Under the pieces are notes generated by a model. The model was given only the letters and a program-made list of their open reading frames with translations. It did no database searches and was not told where the DNA came from. Of a DNA stretch of 23,428 nucleotides, positions 11,098 to 20,460 are shown one piece after another. Positions within the stretch are counted from its first letter, which is position 1; the number at the start of each line of letters is the position of its first letter. Source of the stretch: Vicugna vicugna (taxonomy: Eukaryota). The position numbers and the translations under genes are program-made. The stretch spans positions 588,939 to 612,366 of the forward strand of contig MU057377.1 of NCBI GenBank assembly GCA_013265495.1, in the 5' to 3' direction.

Positions 11098-11343
11098 CCA
11101 CATCTTTCCAGAGGTGTCTGTCTTTTCGAACAATTAACCGCTTAGCTTCAATTTCAATTTCAAGCTTTTTCATAGCTTTAACCATTTTCTCAGATGTAAA
11201 CAAGCGACACGCAGCACGGCGTAATCTGTTCAGCCTGCACCGAGCAGTGTACGCTCTGAGCGACATTTCATCTTTGGTGGGAGCTCTAGGGACACTTATC
11301 TTATGTTGACTCTCTACTCCCAGAAGAAGAGTGGTAGCATTTA
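11098..11343 (-). CDS. ASPM: ASPM exon 6 (246 nt, phase 1/1)
   Basis: Acceptor tacccag|TA; donor GTG G|gtaaga. Translates (V)[48 protein letters not shown]...RHLWKDV. Confidence 0.97.
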
Positions 11344-11454
11344 CTGGGTAAAGACAAAAGAAAGAATGTTTCTGGTTAAACAGTATTTTTATACATTTTA
11401 AAATCACATTTTTTTAAAGAGAACTAAAAATCATGCTTTGTTTACTTTTGGAAA

Positions 11455-12060
11455 AGAAAGAAAAGTGACCTTAGTGATCATCTAATCAAAGAGCTTCTTG
11501 GTGTAAAAACCCTAGACATGCTTCTCTAACAGAGACAGAGCGGTCTCTGCTTGAACACTGCCACAGTGGAGAAACCGTCCTCTTAAAGTTAGCCTGCGTG
11601 GTGCTCTGACAGGTTAAATATTAAAAGGGTTTTTCCGTATCTTGAGTTGAACTGACCCACAGCTTCTGTGGGGCAGCAGCCCAGGCGATGCTTCCTTCCC
11701 TCGCAAGAGCAGACCCCCAAGCATTCCGCAGACAGTGTGTTTCCAGCCTGTTCTGCACTCGAGTCTCCTCTTTTCCACAACAGACACTGCGATGTTTTAA
11801 AAAGTCCCCATGTCAACTGTTGTTTTGGATTCCTCATAATTATAGACGTGCCTACACACATCTTAAACTATGTTATGGTGGAGACAACATCCCTAAAGTG
11901 ATCAGGCCGCACAAGACGGTTAAATTGATTCACCAGGACGTGACACTTTATTAATGCAGCGAACACCGAACTGGATTTCTAGGCAGACATGATGCGCTGT
12001 TGACTCAGACTGCATCTGTATTAGAATAGCACCCAGTCACTCAAAAGGCTAGAATCACAT
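11455..12060 (-). mobile_element. L3/CR1 LINE 3' remnant
   Basis: gaccttagtgatcatcta, tctctgcttgaacactgcca, tattaatgcagc and ctgttgactca match the reverse CR1/L3 3' region in order. Heavily decayed. Confidence 0.6.
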
Positions 12061-12287
12061 CAGCTGCTGAGCGAGAAAGGAAAGTAAAAAGAAAAAGTAA
12101 AGTTTGGTACTTTCAGCACAAAATTCTCACCCACACAGCCTTGAGCATTCACATCAATGGATTAGTGAACCATGCCATTAACTACAATACAATAAACAAA
12201 TACATATAATGAAAGAATGAAAAGTCATGTTAGAAATGACCTGGTAAAACAAGAGTATCATTTAATTTAAGCATTAATGATGTTTAC

Positions 12288-12434
12288 CTGCAGAAATATT
12301 TGTTTTCACAGTGAAGTCATCAGGAGTTAATATAAAATTTAGCCACCAAGTAAAGCCCTGTTCCTGCTTTTCCTTCCAGCGTTCATCATAAAACACGTTT
12401 TTTGCAGCAAACGGCATTGGGTGCCTAGGAATAC
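12288..12434 (-). CDS. ASPM: ASPM exon 5 (147 nt, phase 1/1)
   Basis: Acceptor ttcttag|GT; donor GCA G|gtaaac. Translates (G)[48 protein letters not shown]. Confidence 0.97.
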
Positions 12435-12866
12435 CTAAGAACACAGTTAGGTTATTGCACAAGAAATTCTCCCTTAAATTATTATACACTCTATAGCAAA
12501 AGACCATTTTAATCAGCAAAACCAACTTTAAAACACGGAACAATGTTTGCTTTTCCACTACTTGCTGGCAATGGTTGAAAGCATTTTGGGTATAAAATGT
12601 AGTCAAAGTAAAAAGAGAAAATGTAAGGCAGTACTTCCTGGTTATTGAAAAGCTCCAAGTAACGTGAGTCAATTTCATTAGAGTCTGAGAAAATAGCCTA
12701 CTTATTATCTGAATAAACACTTCAACAATTCTTCAAGGCTTTTATTTGACAAAAAAAGTACCAACTCATTTCCATTTGAAATGCAATTAAAACTTCACTT
12801 CAAAAAAAAAAACCAACTTCACTTCATGTCAGGTTTTAGTAGACTTTAATGATATTAAATACTTGC

Positions 12867-12971
12867 CTGTTTTTAGTGGCTTTATGAAGGTCAAATTAGA
12901 CTGCGCCACAGGAACAATGGGTCTTGTCCTTCTGACTGTTTTAGAATTAGGAGTTCTGTATCCTAATGAAT
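12867..12971 (-). CDS. ASPM: ASPM exon 4 (105 nt, phase 1/1), GC donor
   Basis: Acceptor gtattttag|AT; donor ACA G|gcaagt. Translates (D)[34 protein letters not shown]. Confidence 0.93.
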
Positions 12972-13069
12972 CTAAAATACATGAGAAAGCAGAATGATAG
13001 CATTTAAAAAATGAAATAATTTCCCAAATGAACTGCCACCGAGTTAAAATCTAGGCTTTCCACAATCAT

Positions 13070-14200
13070 ATCGTTTAGCAAATATTGAATAACCAGTAAG
13101 TGCCAGGTACTATGCTATGAACTCAGGCAGTAAAACCTACGTCTGGAAGTTACAGACCAGAAACTATCATTTATGCTGTGTTTATAGAAGCTGCGATTCA
13201 GATGCAGCCAGTTCACTGTGTGTTTATTATGTACAGCAGACTCTGTTCCAGGTGCGGAGATGCAGGATGTAGAGATGCGGTACAGGGCTCAGGACGTCTT
13301 CAGTCTAGTGCAGAAGTTCAGGAAGAACCACCACATCCTATGTAAAGGAGAAGTGCGTATAAGGGGCTAGGAGGACACGGAGGGGGAGCGCTGACGTCAC
13401 CTAAAAGGCAGGACAGGCTCCTGGTGGGAGGACACCCGAGCCGACTCTGCAGTGGACGTTACACACCAGGCACAGGGCCTTTGTCAGAACCGCAAAGTGG
13501 CCGGAGCCAAGATCACGCATATAAAAAAATTTAAAAATCAAGGCAAAAAGAGGCTGAAAGAGGGAGAAAAGAGTGTAATCATATTAAAAATAACAGTGGC
13601 AGCTATTTGAACACTTTGTGCCAGGCACAATCAGAGTCTTGTAATTTAGGTTGCCTCGTGATCGTCACCAGCAACCTATGAGAGATGCACCAATTTTATG
13701 GAATTCGGACACTGGAGCTTAGAGGAGCTAAGCCAGTTGGTCAAGGTCACGCAGACTAGTAAGTGGCAGAGCTCCACTGTCCAGCTCCAGGGCCCGCACT
13801 ATCACTCTGTGAAGTGCCTGGTTTGTCAAGGCAGGATTTAAGCCTAGGAAGTAACATTGTTATACATACTTTAGAAGACAGTGTGGATGGTGGAATGAAA
13901 GGAGTCAAGACAGAGATGGAAAGCTAAAAGGAAGCTATCCCAGAGGCCTACGTTAGCGCCGATGAGAATTTAAATGAACACATGAGAAGTGCAGACAAAT
14001 CAGAGAAGAGTGATTTTCACAGAGGAACTCACAAGACTTAATATCAACTGACAGGCAAGTGATGCAGAATGAACCCCAGATGACAAAGTAGATGATGGGT
14101 GGTACCTACAAAGGGAAGCATGTGAAAGTCACAGCGGCAAATAACCCATGCGAATGCAGTTCACTGCCTCAAAGGCAGGTTTACACCAGCTCCTGCTGCA
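13070..14200 (-). mobile_element. Decayed L2 fragments surrounding a MIR
   Basis: ttagcaaatattgaataaccagtaagtgccaggtac, cttcagtctagtg, ggatttaagcctaggaagtaacat and aggaagctat are L2-like motifs. Boundaries approximate. Confidence 0.5.
13588..13810 (-). mobile_element. MIR SINE
   Basis: tgtgccaggcac...agcaacctatgag...actggagcttagagg...tcaaggtcacgcagactagtaagtggcagagc. Confidence 0.8.
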
Positions 14201-14211
14201 ACAGGAGACAA

Positions 14212-14538
14212 ACAGAGCAAGCTCAGGCCCAGGACAGAATTCAGCCCACAGCTGTTTGTGGACAGTCTGTAAGCTAGGAAGAGTCTTCACATTTATAAAT
14301 ACTAGTTGAAAAAAGTCAAAACAATTATATTTCATCACACATGAAAATGACATGAAATTTGGTTTTGGTGTCCATAAAGTTGCATCAGCACACAGCCACT
14401 GGCATTCATTTACACACTGTCTGTGGCTGTCCTCCCTTCTACAGTGACCCAGCTCTGTGGCTGTGACAGAGATCCTATGTCCTGCAAAACCTGAATATTT
14501 ACTTTCTGAACCTTTAGAGAAAGTTTGCTTAGCTTTGA
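14212..14538. mobile_element. MER58B-like hAT-Charlie DNA transposon
   Basis: catgaaaatgacatgaaatt, gtgtccataaag, cacagccac, tgtctgtggctg, gacagaga, cctgaatatttact, aaagtttgc, in the order and length (~330 nt) of MER58B. Confidence 0.8.
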
Positions 14539-14689
14539 TTCAGAAGAATTGCAGATCTGTGCCAATTGTCAAAATAAGGAACATGATTAAATTGTTACAC
14601 AATATTGATTAGATTGTAAGGTTCTTTGCATTTTAACATATTTAAAGATAAAAATACGAGGAAAAGTTCCTCATTTTGAAGCCTTGCAG

Positions 14690-14930
14690 AAGCTGGTCCT
14701 TCTGCAAGGAACCGTTTTACTTTATGGGAATCTTCCTTCGAACCGTCCCACAGACTCCAGTCATTCACATAAAGCCAAGCAAACTGCCTCCACTGCTGTG
14801 CTTCCCTGATTCCCTGTGCATTGCTCAGAGGACTGGGAGCAACTCAAGGGCAGGAATGATCTTTTCTCCTTGTATCCAGAGCTTAGAACAATACCTAGAA
14901 CATAGTAGGTACCTTAATGTTGAATGAATG
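14690..14930 (+). mobile_element. L2 LINE 3' end
   Basis: Ends cttagaacaatacctagaacatagtaggtaccttaatgttgaatgaatg. Confidence 0.7.
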
Positions 14931-15439
14931 CATCTTGAAAAACTGACTTCTCTCTCTGCCCTCTTAAGTTTGTCAGAAGAGAAAGAAGGCAGAAGCACTC
15001 TTAGTGAGTTACCATGCTCATAAATCAGACATCCAATGTGTGCAATCCTCTTTAAACCTTGCAAAGAGGCTCAGCTCAGCTAGTTGGCCACCTCAAACAA
15101 ACTGCAAGTTCAAGTGTCAACACATCAATGGATTATTTGCTCATTCATTTACTGTGTCATTCATTCATCATTTATTGCACATCTTGTAGAAGTTCAAAAT
15201 AGATGTGTTCCTTTATATTCAAAGGATTTGTTATTTGGTCAGAACATTTCTATAGGAAATAATAATGCAGGCAAACAAATGTAATTAACAGGTAGATATG
15301 AGATGTTGTATGCTGCATTCAGATTTGCTAAGGGAATGTACCAAGAGGGAAAAGTCATCAGAGAACAGAGTACTTGAAATCAGTGAAAGATCTGAGTTAG
15401 TGAGAAAACAACAGATATGAAAATTAAGAAAAGAATACA

Positions 15440-15792
15440 TGGTCAAGAATAAGACAAGGATGCCCACTCTCACTTTTATTCAACGTAGAATTGAAAATCT
15501 TAGCCACAGCAATGACGCAAGATAAAGAAATAAAACGAATCCAAGTTGGAAAGAAAGAAGTGAAACGGTCACTATTTGCAGATGAAATGATACTATAATA
15601 TGGAAAACCCTAAAGACACCACTAAAATACTGTTATTAGAACTAATAAACAAATTCAGTGAAGTTGCAGGATACAAAATCAGTATACAAAAGTCTGCTGC
15701 ATCACACTAAACACTAAATTTACACTAAATACACTAAAAAGAAACTATCAAAGATTTTTATTGCATCAAAAAAAGTAAAATATCTAGGAATG
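15440..15792 (+). mobile_element. L1 ORF2 reverse-transcriptase fragment (decayed)
   Basis: aagacaaggatgcccactctcac (RQGCPLS), ctatttgcagatgaaatgata (LFADEMI, from the FADD motif), aaattcagtgaagttgcaggatacaaaatc, aaatatctaggaat (KYLG). Frameshifted. Confidence 0.9.
15705..15738 (+). repeat. Four imperfect ACACTAAA tandem units inside the L1 fragment
   Basis: acactaa acactaaattt acactaaat acactaaaaa, read directly. Confidence 0.8.
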
Positions 15793-16233
15793 AGGGGAAC
15801 GATGTCCCCAGGAGCCTGGAGTGAGCAGTGGCCTCTTCTGTGCTCCCAGATGCAGAGATGGGGCCAGGTCTTCGCTGGGCCTTCGCAGCAGGGCCTGGAC
15901 CAAAGCGAGGCACGTGAAGTGCCTCCCCTAGGGCAACACTTGGCAGGGCGGGGGGTCCTCGGTAATCCAGACACATGTTTCAATGCAATTTTTTTTAAAT
16001 AGAAATTAATGCAGAGCAATCTTGATGAACAAAACATCAAAAGTTTAAATAAGAACACGATCACAACACTTGATCTCAGAATTCAGCCCCACACTACATT
16101 GCACTAAGCAAATGGGTAAATAAAAAGTACAAGTGAGTTCAAGCCGACCAACAGCAACTTAGTGAACCAAAAGCAGCAGAAAGTGTGCCCTTCCGTGGTG
16201 CACCTTCACCAAAGACTTTTCAGCCAGACTCAC

Positions 16234-17728
16234 CAGTCTTCTCCTTCAGGCCCAGCTTCCCCCGGTTGCGCCCACGCCGCGAGGCTGACGCCATCGCTCT
16301 TCTCGTGCTTCTAACAGCCGAGGTTTTAGCCTCCACAGGAGAAAAGTGGATCCTTTTGATTTCCTGCACTTCTGTGTACTCTGTGGCTGTAACTCTTACA
16401 TTTTCACCTCCTGTGTTTCCCTCACTCTTTCTTTTACGAGCAACTGAAGCTATCTTTGGGGGAGGAGTTACGACATTTTTATAACTCTTAGGTTTACTTA
16501 GCATTGGATCTGTAGCTGGAAGATAAGGATGAAAATCATCTTTCTCGTTTTGATCATCTATTTCTTTTTTACATTCACCCACTACACTGTTGAGACACCT
16601 TTTTGCCTTTGGTTTATTAGTCTCCGTTTGGTTTTCTCTGGCAGAGGTGGGCTTTCTCTTAGTAACAGTGGCAGAAAGTATTGGACGTCTCTTAAGTGAT
16701 TTATTGTGGCCGTGACTGGGAATAACCTGAACTACAGAAAATTTAGGCTGATCCTGTTTTTTAAAAGTGTAACAGTCTGACTTCATTTCTAAAACTTTGG
16801 ATTCTTCAAAAATAGCTTTTGGAGATTGTGAACCCTGACATTCAGGAATACCAGGTAAAACTTCATTTTTTCTCCCATCTTGAGGAGACTGTGAGGCCTG
16901 AGAATTAACATTTAATAATGGTGATAATTTACATGTTTGCTGAGATATACACACATAGGCCATATTATCTTTTACAAATTGACTTGGGGATAGAGTTGGA
17001 TTAATTGTCTCTGATTCTACGTCATGATTTAGTCCATAATTATCCTTTATGAAAGAATCTGGACTTAAAATTGTCCGGTAAATTTCATGTACACTTTTTG
17101 ATTCCAAATGTACAGACCTTGAATTACCGTTGACAAACATATCTGGTGAAAGATGCATCACTAATTCTGGTTCATTATAAGCTGCATGGCTATTATTCAC
17201 AAAGGAATCTGGACTTAGAAAATTTCCTTGGCTTTGTGTAATGTTCAAAGTTGAAGAGTAAGTTGGGGTAAGACTTAGTTTACTATTCTCTTCAATTTGG
17301 CCATTGACATTATTTACGGAGTCAAAGGAAGTTTCAGTTAGGGCTTTCTCATTAAAATGAAAATCTTTGGAAACGCTGGCACCTGCTACTTCCAACAGCC
17401 CCCCGTTCTCAGCTGCAGGAAGGGACGTGTAGGTCGTAGACCGACGCACAGAGAGTGGCACGCGAGTCTCTCCATGGCACTCTTTGAATGCGGGACTAAT
17501 AGGTGATATAGGTATTTTATTTCCTTCAAGGATTAAAGAATTGTTTTCTATTGGGGAACAGCTTTCACTCATGGCCAGATTTTCACAGGCTTGTAGTGGG
17601 CTCCTAACTCTGTCAGCTTTGGGGGAAACACTAAATGTTTTATTAACATTTTGAATATTTGAAATCTCCTTGTTACGACTTGAGGAAGCTGACACTTTCT
17701 TCTTATTGATGGTATCCCAAAGACTCCT
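16234..17728 (-). CDS. ASPM: ASPM exon 3 (1495 nt, phase 0/1), N-proximal disordered region with LSPDxF repeats and basic NLS-like clusters
   Basis: Lies inside ORF 16220..17806. Acceptor ctttgcag|AGG; donor ACT G|gtgagt. Translates [11 protein letters not shown]...KPKAKRCL...RKRKS...IKRIHFSP...KEKT. Confidence 0.96.
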
Positions 17729-17882
17729 CTGCAAAGTAAGCAAAACAGTTTGTTGAAAGCTATTGAGTATTACCTTTAAATAAGAAATATTATGTATGTT
17801 ACTCACTTCAAGACTGTTATCAAAATAATTTTTACATATTATTATTTTCTTAAAGTAAATTACAGAGTGATTAAAACATTAC

Positions 17883-18026
17883 CTTTTTCCTTTTCTGCTC
17901 TTCTGCATTTCCTAGTAATATAGCTTGGTGTTTAAGAATATCATTTACAAGAAATGTCACAATCTCTCTTACTCGGCCTCCTTTCAAAGGTGTCCAGGTA
18001 ATAGAAATAACAATTTTTTCTTTAGG
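17883..18026 (-). CDS. ASPM: ASPM exon 2 (144 nt, phase 0/0), C-terminal half of ASH domain
   Basis: Acceptor ttattacag|CCT; donor AAG|gtaatg. Translates [48 protein letters not shown]. Confidence 0.96.
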
Positions 18027-18494
18027 CTGTAATAAAAACAACACATTTTAAATGACTGTGACAGTAGTGATGTATAATAACCAAAACATATTGTATACCA
18101 TTTAGACTACAGTAGAGGATTAATGATTGTCAGTCACCTGCACTCTACACCCTAATGACATTTAACACGTCAAGTATATTTTCCTACTCTTATCTCATTT
18201 CATTATAAGGAAATCAGCTACTAGTAGTAACAAGGCTCACAACAAAATAAAATTATAATAAACTCTCAATTGTATATGAAGGAATGAAACAGTCTCCAAA
18301 TCACTTTATTTTGGTTCAGTGGTTTTTTTTTTTTAACAATTTAATCATATATTTCTACTTCCTTAGGATAGGTACAGAACTTCTATTTCAAATATAATGA
18401 GCTTGTGTCAGAAGACTTTTCCAAAAAGAAATGTAAAGATGATCAGCTAAACCCCTTGTTCCCCATGAACTTCTCTGAAATCCACATCATCTTT

Positions 18495-18710
18495 ATTGAT
18501 ATTTGTCAAACACTTATTATGCTCCAGGCATAGTCTCAGGTATCTAATAGAACTAGCCTCACCCTCACATCCCTAGGAAGCTGGGACTATGACGACGCAC
18601 ATTTTACAGATGAGCTCATCAAGGTCCAGAAAGCTTTCTTTGTCAAAGTCATACCATTAGTAATTAGAACCCGGACAGTCGGAGCCCAGAGTTTAAACTT
18701 TAACATCTAC
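18495..18710 (-). mobile_element. MIR SINE
   Basis: cattttacagatgag...caaagtcatac...agaacccggacagtcggagcccagag. Confidence 0.7.
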
Positions 18711-18829
18711 AACCCACAGCCTGGCGGGAATTTGCCAAATGCAAAACCCTAACATGACAAAACAAACCCTGTGTCTGTTGTTTTTCAGAGGAAAAAAGCC
18801 AAATTTTGTTTTATTTATTTAAACAAATT

Positions 18830-19792
18830 AAAATAGAAGTTTCAGGGCCGGGTGAAGCAGCCGGTGCTGACGCAAAGCTGCAGCGGCTTCTCCAGAAGAT
18901 CCAGCCACGATGGTTCACGGAGGTGCTGCCCTGAACCAGATTGCCAGTGTGGGTGCAACAGCCTTCTACTGGGAGAAGACGCCACCTCAGGCTTCTGCAG
19001 TGACAGAGGAGTCAGTGCTTAGCTTCAAAACTTCAAAGGACCAGCTGACTCTCTCCTTAGGGGCTAGTGCAGCCAGTGACTTCAAGGTGAAGCCAGTGCT
19101 CAATTTCCTCTTCTGAAAGTCCCAGGGCCCAAAAGAATTATGCCAAACCTACGCTGCCTGTGACGATGTGACTGAATTGCTGCAATTTCACGATAAAGCT
19201 TGAATGGATGAGAAGCTGCTGCTTATGGATGAGCAAAGAGAGTGGCTTCTTGAGATGGAATCTACTCCTGGTGAAGATGCTGTGAAGATTTAGAATAATA
19301 CATAAGCTTAGTTGATAAAGCAGTGGCAGGTTTCGAGAGGATGGAATCCAATTTTGAAAGACGTTCTTCTCTGGGCAGAATGCTATCAAACAGCATTGAT
19401 GCTACAGAGAGATCACTTCTGAAAGGAAGAGTCTATCAGTGTGGCAAACTTCATTGTTGTCCTATTTAAGAAATTGCCACAAACACCCCAACCTTCAGCA
19501 ACCACCACCCTAGTCAGCAGCCATCAACACTGAGGCAGGACCGTCCACCAGCAAAACGGTTACGACTTGCTGAAGGCTCAGATGATGGTTGGCATTTACT
19601 AGTAATAAAGCCTTTTTAACGTAAGGTAGGTATATTGTTTTTTGAGACATGATGCTATTGCACTCTTAATAGATGACAGTGTAAACTTTACATGCTCTGG
19701 GAAACCAGAAAATTCACGTGGCTCACTTTGTTGTGAGTTTTGCTTTATTGCAGGTCTGGAACCAAACCCACAATACCTCTGAGGTCCGCCTG
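18830..19792 (+). mobile_element. Tigger1 (TcMar-Tigger) remnant: left end missing, internal deletion near 19162, intact right TIR plus TA
   Basis: Transposase remnant TAFYWEKTP...SFKTSKDQLTLSLGASAASDFKVKPVL (ORF 18910..19116). Also gagatggaatctactcctggtgaagatgctgtga. The right terminus ggaaccaaacccacaatacctctgaggtccgcctg is followed by ta. Confidence 0.92.
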
Positions 19793-19954
19793 TATAGCTG
19801 ACTTAATCGGCATATCTATCAAAATTCTTTCCCATTGAGATTCAAATGAAATTTCTGTTTAGGATAAATTCAAGAGTGTGAACTCTTACTACTTGCTTCT
19901 CAATTTATATATAGGACATCTTACGAGGGGGCATTCCTTCTAAAGAGTTACTGG

Positions 19955-20460
19955 TATTTAACAAATAAGTTATCGAGTGCCTAATGGTACACATAGTACC
20001 TGACACATAGTAGGCGCACATTAAATATTTAAGTGACAAGATTCTTGAATGAATGAAAAATCGACATGGTCTCTGGCTTCTTTATTCTTTCCAATAAAAG
20101 AAATTACAAAATCTAAGTGAAAAGACAAATACAAAAATGTAAGTTCCAAGTACTGTTACCAATGACACAAAAAAGGGTCTGAGATTCAGAGCAATGAATA
20201 GTGAAGGGGATCTATCATCTCTGAGTGGGTGATAGGAGATTCTAACGTCTAAGCTAAGACAAAGTACAAGAATGAGGTGGACAGACAGAGCTAAGGGAGG
20301 AGCAGTTTAGCAGAACATACAGCATGTGCACAGGCCTCATACAAGACGTTGCCTAGTGTAGCTCCAGGAACAGATACAGGACCAGCATGGTTTAATATTA
20401 ACTAGTGAGGGGGAAATGACCTGCAATCCAGGAGGCTGGAGAGATGAGCAGAGGACTGCT
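19955..20460. mobile_element. Decayed L2 fragments in both orientations
   Basis: Minus-strand terminus atttaacaaataagttatcgagtgccta; plus-strand terminus cctgacacatagtaggcgc...gaatgaatgaa; further purine-rich L2-like body to ~20460. Confidence 0.55.

Larger units (their letters stand above)
2757..18026 (-). other. ASPM: ASPM gene, partial (span of exons 2-16; exon 1 and exons 17+ not in window)
   Basis: 15 exons with AG acceptors and GT/GC donors splice in frame to 1195 codons. The peptides ([70 protein letters not shown]) are recognisable ASPM. Exon sizes match my recollection of the human structure. Confidence 0.98.

Noticed and set aside
13392..13399. Full CRE palindrome TGACGTCA
   Set aside because: A single 8-mer inside a decayed L2 region with no promoter context.
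16220..17806. 528-aa ORF as a stand-alone single-exon gene
   Set aside because: It is ASPM exon 3 with read-through into the flanking introns. The 'start' is a non-ATG codon in intron 2, and splice sites bound it at 17728 and 16234.
2757..18026. ASPM pseudogene
   Set aside because: No frameshift or stop in 1195 codons and all splice sites are intact. The two GC donors are a recognised functional class.
18910..19389. Domesticated Tigger transposase (TIGD-like) gene
   Set aside because: Only short fragments with frameshifts, stops and a large internal deletion; the first catalytic motif is decayed.
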